64,000 nt of DNA from Pseudomonadota bacterium. Its GTDB lineage: Bacteria > Pseudomonadota > Alphaproteobacteria > Micavibrionales > UBA1664. The position numbers and the translations under genes are program-made. The stretch spans positions 14,200 through 78,199 of the forward strand of contig RFNZ01000007.1 of the NCBI GenBank assembly GCA_009926935.1, in the 5' to 3' direction. Under the pieces are notes generated by a model. It was not told the DNA's origin. It did not search any database and worked only from the letters and a program-made list of their open reading frames with translations. Positions 30,135 to 39,016 of this stretch are shown here, piece by piece. How positions within the stretch are numbered: position 1 is the first letter of the stretch; the number at the start of each line of letters is the position of its first letter.

Positions 30135-31361
30135 TTAAGCCGCTTTGAGCTGTTTTGCGCCTTTAAGCTCGGCTTCCGTTTTGGCGTCGAGGTCTTTGAC
30201 GTGCCATGGCAGGCCTTGCTTTGCCACTTCTTCCATGAAGGGTTCTGGCGGCAGTTGCTCGACGTTAAAGACGCCCGTGCCGCGCCATAGCCCTTTGAAC
30301 ATCATCATCGCGCCGGTAACCGCTGGAACACCAGTCGTGTAAGACACGGCCTGCGCGCCCAATTCGGCATTTGTTTTGGCGTGGTCGCAGACGTTGTAGA
30401 TGAACTTTTTCACGGTTTTGCCATTCTTAATACCTTCAAAGATGCAACCGATGGATGTCTTGCCTGTGTAATTTTCGGCCAAGCTCGATGGTTCTGGCAG
30501 CAAGGCCTTCAGGAATTGCAGCGGGATGATTTCAACGCCGTTGTAAATCACGGGGTCAATGCGGGTCATGCCCACGTTTTGCAGGACATCAAGGTGTTTG
30601 ATGTAGTTGTCGGAGAACGTCATCCAGAAGCGGATTTGCTTGAGGCCCTTGATGTTTTTCACCAGCGATTCTTCTTCCTCGTGGTAAATGAGGTACGACT
30701 TTTTAGGCCCGACTTCAGGGTAATCCACCATGCAGGCGATGCTGAGGGGGTCGATTTCAATCCATTGTCCGTCTTTCCAGTATTTGCCGCGCTGGGTTAC
30801 TTCACGGATGTTGATTTCTGGGTTGAAGTTGGTCGCGAAAGCGTGGCCATGGTCACCGGCGTTGCAGTCCACGATATCGATTGTGTGGATTTCATCGAAC
30901 AGCTGGTTTTGGGCGTAGGCGCAGTAGATGTTGCTCATGCCCGGGTCAAAGCCGCAGCCAAGCACGCCCATGATGCCTTTTTCCTTGAACTTGTCGTGGT
31001 ACGGCCACTGCCATTTGTACGAAAACTTGGCTTCGTCTTTGGGTTCGTAGTTGGCCGTGTCCATGTAGTGGACGCCCGTGGCCAAGCACGCATCCATGAT
31101 TGTGAGGTCCTGGTAGGGCAGGGCCATGTTGATGAGAAGGTCGGGTTTAACCTTTTCAATCAGCTTGATGACGGCTTGCGTATCATCAGCATCGACCTGA
31201 CTTGTCGTCACTTCGCCCTGACATTCCTTTGCGATGGCCTCGCATTTGGAAAGTGTGCGGGATGCCAGGTGGATTTTTTTGAATACGTCGCGGTTCATCG
31301 CGCATTTTTTTGCCACAACCGAGCCCGCGCCACCGGCGCCGATGATAAGTACGCTATCCAT
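30135..31361 (-). CDS. Carboxynorspermidine/carboxyspermidine synthase (saccharopine-dehydrogenase-like, CASDH)
   Basis: Rossmann motif LIIGAGGAGSVVA, 408 aa, paired with nspC. Confidence 0.85.
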   Translation of the reverse strand: MDSVLIIGAGGAGSVVAKKCAMNRDVFKKIHLASRTLSKCEAIAKECQGEVTTSQVDADDTQAVIKLIEKVKPDLLINMALPYQDLTIMDACLATGVHYMDTANYEPKDEAKFSYKWQWPYHDKFKEKGIMGVLGCGFDPGMSNIYCAYAQNQLFDEIHTIDIVDCNAGDHGHAFATNFNPEINIREVTQRGKYWKDGQWIEIDPLSIACMVDYPEVGPKKSYLIYHEEEESLVKNIKGLKQIRFWMTFSDNYIKHLDVLQNVGMTRIDPVIYNGVEIIPLQFLKALLPEPSSLAENYTGKTSIGCIFEGIKNGKTVKKFIYNVCDHAKTNAELGAQAVSYTTGVPAVTGAMMMFKGLWRGTGVFNVEQLPPEPFMEEVAKQGLPWHVKDLDAKTEAELKGAKQLKAA

Positions 31362-31378
31362 TGTTTTCTCCTTGTAAA

Positions 31379-32578
31379 TTAGCGCTTCATGATGATCTGG
31401 CCAGAGTGGCCGAAATCGTTGAAGTTTGATCGCAATGCCTGAGAATAGGCTCCCATGGTCTGGATTTCAATCCAGTCTCCAGCCACGATGTCGGAGGGCA
31501 GCATGAAAGGCCCCTTCATCATGTCCAGCGAATCGCAGGTGGGCCCCGCGAAGCGGTATGGCGTCAGGTCCTGTTCGCGGCGCTGCATACCGTTGAACGA
31601 GATAGCCTTGGTAGCATAGCGGGCGCGGACCTGCGCACCGGCGTCAAAGAGGCCGGCATAGGTGCCGTCGTTGATGTGGAGCAGGTTGCCTTTGCGGGCT
31701 TCCACGCGCACGACCAGCGACATGGCGGTGGCCACAAGGGCGCGGCCAGGTTCGCACATCAGCGGGATTGCATCCATTTTCTCCGCCTTCAGGGTGCTGG
31801 TAATGACATCCACAAAGTCAGAGAAGGGCGGAAGAGGCTGCGAGCCAGGATACTCGACCGGGAAACCGCCGCCAACATCCAGAACATCAATGTTGACCTT
31901 TGAGGCACGAAGCACCTTCGAGGCAACCTTGATCGCGCGCTTGTAAGCGATTGGGTCCGTGCATTGCGTGCCGACATGCAGGCAAAGGCCGAGACGCGTT
32001 GCCACTGGGCGGCAAGCTTTGAGTAGTTCCGATGCGTCGTAAGGCAGGGCGCCAAACTTGGTCGAGAAGTCGATTTGTGCCTTGCTGTTTTTTGGCAGCG
32101 CCATGCGTACGAACAGTTCAAGGTCCTGCGCCAAATCAGTTGCGCGCATGATCTTGTAAAGCTCGTCCATGCTGTCCAGCACGAAAGAGCGAACGCCGTG
32201 GCGTTTATACGCTTCCGCAATCGCCTCGGGCGATTTTACGGTGTGCATGAAGTACAGTTTTGCCTTTGGAGCCAGTTTCCGAACCATGCGCACTTCGCCA
32301 ATCGAGGCTACGTCAAAAGCGCGTACGCCGGCGCGGTACAGGGTCTGGATAATGGTTTTATCCGGGTTGCATTTGGTCGCGTAAACCGTTTCGCCCGGGA
32401 ACTGGGTCAGGAACATTTTTGCGCAGTCTGCCACGCGCTCAGGCCACAAAAGGTAGAGCGGATCGACGGGGGCGATTTCGCGCACAACGTCGGCAACCTC
32501 GCCCGAATAGGCGTGGTTAGGCGCTACAAAACCGCGAGCGCGGGCGGCAAATGATTTGGGGGTGATAACGTTTGTCAT
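31379..32578 (-). CDS. Group IV PLP-dependent decarboxylase (ornithine/arginine/lysine decarboxylase-like)
   Basis: PLP-lysine motif VYATKCNPD, plus LDVGGGFP and AGPTCDSLD. First gene of the three-gene polyamine operon. Confidence 0.85.
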   Translation of the reverse strand: MTNVITPKSFAARARGFVAPNHAYSGEVADVVREIAPVDPLYLLWPERVADCAKMFLTQFPGETVYATKCNPDKTIIQTLYRAGVRAFDVASIGEVRMVRKLAPKAKLYFMHTVKSPEAIAEAYKRHGVRSFVLDSMDELYKIMRATDLAQDLELFVRMALPKNSKAQIDFSTKFGALPYDASELLKACRPVATRLGLCLHVGTQCTDPIAYKRAIKVASKVLRASKVNIDVLDVGGGFPVEYPGSQPLPPFSDFVDVITSTLKAEKMDAIPLMCEPGRALVATAMSLVVRVEARKGNLLHINDGTYAGLFDAGAQVRARYATKAISFNGMQRREQDLTPYRFAGPTCDSLDMMKGPFMLPSDIVAGDWIEIQTMGAYSQALRSNFNDFGHSGQIIMKR

Positions 32579-32663
32579 GGCTCACATCTCCGTCGTGGAA
32601 ATAGCGGATATAGCTTCGCGCCCGCGGCCATCTTAAAAGCCGCAGGGTTAAAGCTTTGTCCGT

Positions 32664-32783
32664 TTATCCGTTAAGACGGGTCGATGCGTGCAAAAGCACG
32701 CCGTGCCCAATCAGGTGAGTGGAAGAACCAAATTCCATTCCTATGGGGGGCGTGTGGCCCCAGGCAGTTGTAAAAGTGATCAT
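32664..32783 (-). CDS. Candidate 39-aa upstream ORF in the leader of the decarboxylase operon
   Basis: Hand translation: MITFTTAWGHTPPIGMEFGSSTHLIGHGVLLHASTRLNG. AAGG lies 9 nt upstream of the ATG, and the ORF ends 85 nt before the decarboxylase ATG. It is below the ORF-track cutoff and has no homology support. Confidence 0.2.
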   Translation of the reverse strand: MITFTTAWGHTPPIGMEFGSSTHLIGHGVLLHASTRLNG

Positions 32784-32964
32784 GACATAAAACCTTAATT
32801 AAAAGTTATGGGGCTTGGTCCCCAACTAACCCAAGTTTTACGCCGTTACATAAACCACTATTTCAGGCCAGAGGCACGTACGTGATGACTCCATTATGAG
32901 TCAATTGACGTGTAGATACAAATATTTTTTCAAGCGTGTCAAATAAAAAAGGAAGCCGCGACTT

Positions 32965-33102
32965 TTAGCTGAGTACGAGAGTGCCTGGGCAGGTATAGCA
33001 ATCACCGTAAGTGCGGTACTCTTCAGGGTCCTGCTGAGCGTGTGCCCAGCGGTTATTAAAGATGGCCATAAGGTCATCAGGTGAAAAGTGAGATAATTTC
33101 AT
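32965..33102 (-). CDS. Candidate 45-aa small ORF with a CxxC motif
   Basis: Hand translation: MKLSHFSPDDLMAIFNNRWAHAQQDPEEYRTYGDCYTCPGTLVLS. It lies 133 nt downstream of the helicase stop, with a weak SD (GGAA). Confidence 0.2.
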   Translation of the reverse strand: MKLSHFSPDDLMAIFNNRWAHAQQDPEEYRTYGDCYTCPGTLVLS

Positions 33103-33235
33103 TTCCAAACCAAACATCACGCAACTCCATAACATCCAGCTCTGCGAGCGAAAGAATCAAACGCCCTTTTGTTACCAGTAAAAAGTTTGAGGCAAGTTTT
33201 TTAAAGGCACAATAGTTTTTTTTGCAAGCCAAAAA

Positions 33236-36022
33236 TTATGCAGCTTTTTCTTGCGGCAATTTTGAAGATAGAAAATCTCGCGTGATGCCTATGGCTTCAT
33301 CAAGGCTGACGCGCTGGATTGTTACCCCTTCAGGAAAACTGTCTTCAAGGCGGCTTGGAAATGCGCTATCGAGCATCACAAATACGCCGTGATCGGCGGG
33401 TGTGCGGACAAGGCGGCCATAAGCCTGCCGCAGTTTCATACGAGTTAGCATCTCCTCATAGGCTTTACCGCCAAAGGTTTTTTTACGTTCACGGTGCAGG
33501 ATAGTGGGGCGCGGCCACGGTACGCGGTCAAAGACAATTAGCCGCAGGCTACGACCGGGGACATCTACGCCGTCGCGCGCGGCGTCGGTGCCCAGAAGGC
33601 ACGCGTCTTCTTCCGCCCTGAAGATATCGACGAGCGTGCCGATATCGATGTTATCGACGTGCTGCGCATATACTGGGATGCCTTTGGCTTCAAGTGCGGG
33701 CGCCAGCCTTGCATGGGCAGCGCGTAGCCTGTGAATGGCGGTGAAAAGCCCAAGCGCGCCGCCGCGTGCTGCCGCAAAAAGTCCTTCGTAGGCTTTGGCA
33801 AGCAGCGTGTTATCGGTTTTTGAGACATCCCTCACTATAAGCACGCGTGTCTGCTCCCTGTAATTGAAGGGGGAGGGGATCGCGACCCGCACCGGTGCCA
33901 GTGGCGATAGCGCGGCCATGCCTGTCATGCGGTCTGTCTCCATCCAGGAGGTCTCGCTTGTATCGCGCGTGGCCTTGAGAGTTGCCGATGTGACCAAGAC
34001 GCCGTGGGCATGCGGTTTGAGCTCGGTTGCAAAAGGCACAGCGGGGTCGCGATGATGGCGCAGAAAGCCGACATCGTAGTCTTTGCCGTCGATCCGTTCG
34101 ATCTCAAACCAGTCTATGACGCTTTTAGGTGATTGGTCCTTGAGACTGGCAAGCATGTCTATCCAAGCGCCAACCGTATTTGTGGCCCGGTTTTCAATAC
34201 CTTTTGAAAGGGCATCAAGCCGCGCTCTGAAATCGGGGTTTAACAAATCATACTCATCGACCAGTTTTTTTCGTAAGGCTCCGGCAAGTGCCATGAGAGG
34301 GCGATGGAGCTGGCGCAAGGCCGCCATGCATTTGGGGGCGATGGCCATGACATCGGGGTCAAGAGGGTGCACGTCACACTCGATCGTCCACCCGGAGGTT
34401 GGGTCCTGGGCGCGGGCTTTGACCTGTCTGTAAATGGCGAGAAGCAGTTCTTCGACAGAGCCTTTTGGTGTGCCTGCGCTCATGTTTTTGCGCCAGTTGG
34501 ATACAGGCAGGGCGCGGGCGGCGTGCAAAGCTTCATCAAGGTATCTCTGGGCCTCATCACCTTCGGGCATCAGTCCTTCGAGTCTCTTCTTGAGCCCTTT
34601 TGAGCGTCGCATACGGCGGCTTGCGTTGTCGTCTTCCGGCCCTAGAAGCCATCGCCTGAAATCGGCGCTTTCGGCACCGGTTAGGTGTATCGCGAATGTG
34701 CTGTCCGCGGCGTCAAAGAGATGATGCCCTTCATCAAAGATGTAGCGCGTGGGGACTGCTTCGCGCGAGTCCGACATGGCAAGGTTGTACATGGCAAGCG
34801 CATGGTTGCCGACAATGATGCGGGCACGTTTGGCTTTGCGCTGCGCTTTTTCGATGAAGCAGCGGTGATAGTGATCACAGGCGGCGTAAACACACTCTCC
34901 TCTTCTGTCGGCTAGCCCCGTTGTATTTTCAATTTTCAAGAGTCCTGCGAGCCAACCCGGAAAATCAGCACCTGTCATGTCGCCGTCGCGGGTTGCCGAA
35001 ATCCACCGCGCCATGAGCCCCGCTGCTATGACCGTGCGCGGGTCGCGCGCCATGCTTGCGGCGCCTGCGAGGTCTTCGTAGTTGAGGAGGCAGAGGTAAT
35101 TTTCACGGCCTTTACGGATAACTGTTTTTAGCGCGCGTTCGGAGGCGTCGGGATAGAGGGTCGAGAGTTCGGAATCAATCTGGCGCTGGAGATTGCGCGT
35201 ATATGTCGATATCCAGACAGCGCCCTCGTTCCGCTCGGCCCAGAGTTGCGCGGGCGCGAGGTATCCCAGTGTTTTCCCGACACCTGTGCCGGCCTCTGCC
35301 GTTACGACGTTGGGTTCGTTTTCATCCTGTCGTGCTGCAAAGGTGGCAATGATGCGGGTTGCATAGTTTTCTTGCTCCTGCCGCATTTCACCTTCGCGGC
35401 CAGCGCCTTTACGGCGGGTTACGAGATCGTGTAGGTGGTTCCGTGCTTCTTCACCGGTAACGGGCAGGGCTGAAGGTGCTGGTTGCGGGGCATCCTCGGC
35501 CCATTCAGGCAGATTGCTCCATACATTCAGGGCTTCGCGTGATTTGGTGGGTTTGTTGGGGTCGTATACGCCGCCAAGGGTTTCGATCACGCATTGCGCC
35601 CAGCCCCAGCCTTGGCCTTGCTGGCCCATGGCTTCGGCGATGGTGATCAGTTTTGGACGGTCTTTTTCAGGAGTTTCCGAGAGTTCTCTCAGGAGATCTT
35701 TTGTCAGTACCGGTAAAGCCAGTGCCGCATCCTCCGCATTTTGCGGAACAGGATGGCCAAGGGCTGTTGCTACGCCGCCAATTGTGGGTACGCAGAATGC
35801 CGCGGGTTTTACGAAGGCAAAAAGTTCAAGGATGTCGATCGCTGGGGCAGGCAGGTTTATGCGCGTAGAAACGTATGGAAGATGGCATACAAGAAAAACT
35901 GCATTTTTTGGCATGTTTTTTGTTTCAGAAAGCGCACCGCCAAGCAATTCGCCATCGGGAGTAAGCGCTGCCCAGCCTGCGTGGATCGCGAGTGCCGTTG
36001 CGTATGGTAAAGCTGCATCCAT
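33236..36022 (-). CDS. DinG/Rad3-family ATP-dependent DNA helicase (928 aa)
   Basis: Walker A AEAGTGVGKTLGYL, DEAH-like IFDEGHHLFD, Cys cluster C...CDHYHRC (Fe-S-like) and VTSATL. The N-terminal DILELFAFVKPAAFCVPT domain is common in alphaproteobacterial homologues. Confidence 0.8.
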   Translation of the reverse strand: MDAALPYATALAIHAGWAALTPDGELLGGALSETKNMPKNAVFLVCHLPYVSTRINLPAPAIDILELFAFVKPAAFCVPTIGGVATALGHPVPQNAEDAALALPVLTKDLLRELSETPEKDRPKLITIAEAMGQQGQGWGWAQCVIETLGGVYDPNKPTKSREALNVWSNLPEWAEDAPQPAPSALPVTGEEARNHLHDLVTRRKGAGREGEMRQEQENYATRIIATFAARQDENEPNVVTAEAGTGVGKTLGYLAPAQLWAERNEGAVWISTYTRNLQRQIDSELSTLYPDASERALKTVIRKGRENYLCLLNYEDLAGAASMARDPRTVIAAGLMARWISATRDGDMTGADFPGWLAGLLKIENTTGLADRRGECVYAACDHYHRCFIEKAQRKAKRARIIVGNHALAMYNLAMSDSREAVPTRYIFDEGHHLFDAADSTFAIHLTGAESADFRRWLLGPEDDNASRRMRRSKGLKKRLEGLMPEGDEAQRYLDEALHAARALPVSNWRKNMSAGTPKGSVEELLLAIYRQVKARAQDPTSGWTIECDVHPLDPDVMAIAPKCMAALRQLHRPLMALAGALRKKLVDEYDLLNPDFRARLDALSKGIENRATNTVGAWIDMLASLKDQSPKSVIDWFEIERIDGKDYDVGFLRHHRDPAVPFATELKPHAHGVLVTSATLKATRDTSETSWMETDRMTGMAALSPLAPVRVAIPSPFNYREQTRVLIVRDVSKTDNTLLAKAYEGLFAAARGGALGLFTAIHRLRAAHARLAPALEAKGIPVYAQHVDNIDIGTLVDIFRAEEDACLLGTDAARDGVDVPGRSLRLIVFDRVPWPRPTILHRERKKTFGGKAYEEMLTRMKLRQAYGRLVRTPADHGVFVMLDSAFPSRLEDSFPEGVTIQRVSLDEAIGITRDFLSSKLPQEKAA

Positions 36023-36139
36023 GTGTACGGTGTACCCTATCTGGATTCAATGTGCGTCAAAATGTCTTTTATTGATAATGGTCAAAACCTTGTATTCTGG
36101 GCGCTGTAAGATAGATCACGTAAACAAAAGGAGTTTTTC

Positions 36140-36412
36140 ATGACTGTCGAGCACCATGCATTAATCAATGATCTGCCCGAGTATAAAGATGCCATTCACA
36201 CTCTCAAAGTGTCCGATGCGCGCTTTGCACGAATGATGGATGATTACCACAAGCTGACGCGCGAAGTGGAGCGTATCGAGAACGCGGGCAATAGTGTTTC
36301 TGATGAAATTGAGAACGCACTTAAGTCACGCCGAGTCAAATTGAAGGATGAACTGATGCAGATGCTCGTTGCCCAGAAAGGTAAATGCAGCCAAGACTGC
36401 GGCTGCAGCTAA
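36140..36412 (+). CDS. DUF465 / YdcH-family small protein
   Basis: HHALINDLPEYKDAIHTLKVSDARFARMMDDYHKLTREVERIE is the DUF465 pattern. Confidence 0.75.
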   Translation: MTVEHHALINDLPEYKDAIHTLKVSDARFARMMDDYHKLTREVERIENAGNSVSDEIENALKSRRVKLKDELMQMLVAQKGKCSQDCGCS

Positions 36413-36419
36413 TTTTTCT

Positions 36420-36510
36420 GTCATTCCTGCGAAGGCAGGAATCCACAGTGAAGAATGACGAATATATGTTTTTTTGATAGCAGTGGGCCCCGGCCTGCGC
36501 TGGGGTGACG
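36420..36510. repeat. REP/MITE-like palindromic element, copy A (two inverted ~25-nt units)
   Basis: The forward unit GTCATTCCTGCGAAGGCAGGAATCCAC (36420-36446) contains the internal hairpin TCCTGC-GAAG-GCAGGA. The reverse unit CCCCGGCCTGCGCTGGGGTGACG (36488-36510) is a diverged inverse copy. A near-identical unit recurs at 56940. Confidence 0.75.
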
Positions 36511-36517
36511 CATTTTT

Positions 36518-38995
36518 TCATTCATGCCTCCGGCGGGGGTGGTTCCCTGCCGTTTTTTTGCGGTCGTTTTGTGCTTTTGTTTTGTACCAGCTGGCGCTTG
36601 CGCTCTGCCATTTGGCGGCATTTTTGCCAAAGACTCTCTGCTGTGCTTCTGCGCGTGGAGCCCAACTGCTGACCTGTCCGCACTCGTGGCATAAAAATGC
36701 GTTGGCGAGACCCCATTTCCAGAGAATGGAGTCGGCGAAGTCCGTATCCGTGAGGTCAAGGATATCGTACATGTTTACGAATTTCATGCGTAGGTTGCGG
36801 CGGCGCGGGTAGCGCGTGAGCATGAACGGGTATACGCGCTGCGGCATCAAATCGACCATTGTAAAAAAGCTCTCGCCCATGGGTGCCACGCGGGCAAGTT
36901 CTACATCAAACTGCTCGGCTATATAGGCGCGAGCTTCGTCAATGGTAGTGATTGTTGCGGGCAGGGGCAGGGTTGGTAGATTCATCATCGGCCCTTCCTG
37001 ACCAAAACGGGAGGGTACGGGCAGCTCTTTAAAATCAAAACCGACCAAAGTGTTACCCTGAAAATCTTCAGTCAGGGGCATGATGGCTGCGATGTTCATC
37101 ATATCCGATTGCGGGCAGGCGAAGTCCATATCGTGAGCGCTGATCCCCCTGATGCTGCCGCCTATGTGCCCTTGTTCGACAAAGGACGAGCGCAGGGTCC
37201 TGATCTGGCCTGCACGGCCTCTGATGGGTTTGAAAGCCCCTGATACGTATTTCCATTTTCCGCCGTCTTTACCCAGTGTCAGCATTGTGCCGTAGGGTTT
37301 GCGGGTGCCCGGTTTTTCGGGTTTCTGTTTCAGGATTTTCTGGGCGCGGGTCAGTTGGTCTTCCGGTGGCGGGTCGTAAGAGAGCGGTACTGCTTCATGC
37401 AGCCATGGGGTTACTTTGATGCCGCGCTTTTTCATGAGCGCCTGCATCTGGATATCCAGCCATGCGCTTGGCAAAAAGCCGGCACCCGTTGCGCGCAATA
37501 TATCCTGCGCATCGTAAACGCGCAGGTTTAGCTGGTCTTGCGGGCCTATGGCTCTCGGGCCGCTGAACTGGGGCGGCTGGATGTTGATGAAGAGTGTTTC
37601 AAAACGCTCATCGATAAGGGCTGGAGAAGGGTAGCCCTTCGGCCCGTCTTCAAACCCTTTGCCGTGCATGGGCATGAGACCGAATTTCTGGGTCATGAGG
37701 CGCGCGACTGCTGCCAAGCTTGCGTGGTCAAATCCCTCGAGGTCGTAAGCGGGCAGGGACGGCGCTGCCACAATATGCCCTGACCAGCGCTTGCCATCGA
37801 GATTGTTGCGCGAGCGGGGCGAGATGTTGGCCAGCTGCATTTCGGCATCTGCTTTTAAAATAACCTTGAGGCGGCCCGATGCGTCGATGAAATAGGGAAT
37901 GATATCCGTTCGCGGCATGGCACGGCTGACAACATCCATCACCTCGCCGCTGCGCTCATCACGGACGGACTGGATTTCCAGTGTCTGCGCCTGTGTTTGT
38001 GAGGGGCGGAGTTCCTCCAGCCGAAGGGTGCGGCCTTGCGGTATCTTTTGCGCGACGACGATATGCCCTGTCGGCATATAGCCGCGTGTTTTTCCTTCGT
38101 CGGTATATAATCTGAACGAGCCGTCATAGTGTGTGCGGATGATATGTGCCTCGCGTTGTGGCGCTACGTGCAGGATGCGCGCGCCGATACTGCGGCCGAG
38201 AATGCGGTCAAAATCATTTTCGCTGAGGCATGTGTACTGATGCCCGATATTGGCTTTGAATTTGCGAATGTTCTGCTTGCGGATAATAAACTCTGAGGCC
38301 CATTTGGAAGGCAGCCTGAAGAGCCGTGTATACGGCACATGGGGCGGGAGTTCTTCGAGGTAAAAGCCTTTGATGGCATCGCGTGCCCGTGCGTTTTCTG
38401 AAAACCACTGGAGGAGTTCTATCTCGCGTTCGCCCTGTGTTTTGCCGATGGGCGTGCCGTAGAGCCTGAAATGCCGTGGGTCGCGTACAGGGACCGGGAA
38501 TTCAATTTGTAAAAACTCGTCGTCCGGTGGCATTGCAAAGTCGTGGATTACCATCACGCCTTCAGGTTTCAGAACCTTGAAGAGCTGCGCCAGCGTATCG
38601 CCGATGCGGGTTTCATCGTAGTTGCTGCGCGTGTAAACGGAGCCCATGACGCGTGCGGCTATCATTGCATCTATGCTGTCATCGGGTCTGCGCAGGTTTG
38701 TAATATCTCCGACTTCGAAGGCAAGGTTATCGGGCAGGGTGTTTTTAAAGCGGGCGCGGGCGCGCATGATGAGCTGGCGGTTGCGGTCGATCCCTATGAA
38801 TTTCAGGCGCGGGTTCATGGCGGCCATGGCTGCCGTGAGGGTTCCGCCTTCGCATTCCAGATCAAGGACGGTCGCGCCATCCGGCAATAGCATGCGTGAG
38901 ACGATGTTTTTTGCGCGCATGACCACATCGTGCGGCAGGGTTTTTAGAAAACCATCCGGCTCCGGCAAGAGAGGTGTTTCGCTTTTGTCGTCCAT
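36518..38995 (-). CDS. Large multidomain protein: N-terminal class I SAM methyltransferase plus ~600-aa uncharacterised C-terminal region
   Basis: Methyltransferase motif I is VLDLECEGGTLTAAMA, followed by FIGIDRN and DAMIAARV. No motif was recognised in the remainder. Confidence 0.7.
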   Translation of the reverse strand: MDDKSETPLLPEPDGFLKTLPHDVVMRAKNIVSRMLLPDGATVLDLECEGGTLTAAMAAMNPRLKFIGIDRNRQLIMRARARFKNTLPDNLAFEVGDITNLRRPDDSIDAMIAARVMGSVYTRSNYDETRIGDTLAQLFKVLKPEGVMVIHDFAMPPDDEFLQIEFPVPVRDPRHFRLYGTPIGKTQGEREIELLQWFSENARARDAIKGFYLEELPPHVPYTRLFRLPSKWASEFIIRKQNIRKFKANIGHQYTCLSENDFDRILGRSIGARILHVAPQREAHIIRTHYDGSFRLYTDEGKTRGYMPTGHIVVAQKIPQGRTLRLEELRPSQTQAQTLEIQSVRDERSGEVMDVVSRAMPRTDIIPYFIDASGRLKVILKADAEMQLANISPRSRNNLDGKRWSGHIVAAPSLPAYDLEGFDHASLAAVARLMTQKFGLMPMHGKGFEDGPKGYPSPALIDERFETLFINIQPPQFSGPRAIGPQDQLNLRVYDAQDILRATGAGFLPSAWLDIQMQALMKKRGIKVTPWLHEAVPLSYDPPPEDQLTRAQKILKQKPEKPGTRKPYGTMLTLGKDGGKWKYVSGAFKPIRGRAGQIRTLRSSFVEQGHIGGSIRGISAHDMDFACPQSDMMNIAAIMPLTEDFQGNTLVGFDFKELPVPSRFGQEGPMMNLPTLPLPATITTIDEARAYIAEQFDVELARVAPMGESFFTMVDLMPQRVYPFMLTRYPRRRNLRMKFVNMYDILDLTDTDFADSILWKWGLANAFLCHECGQVSSWAPRAEAQQRVFGKNAAKWQSASASWYKTKAQNDRKKTAGNHPRRRHE

Positions 38996-39016
38996 TTGCT
39001 AGGACGTATATAGCCC

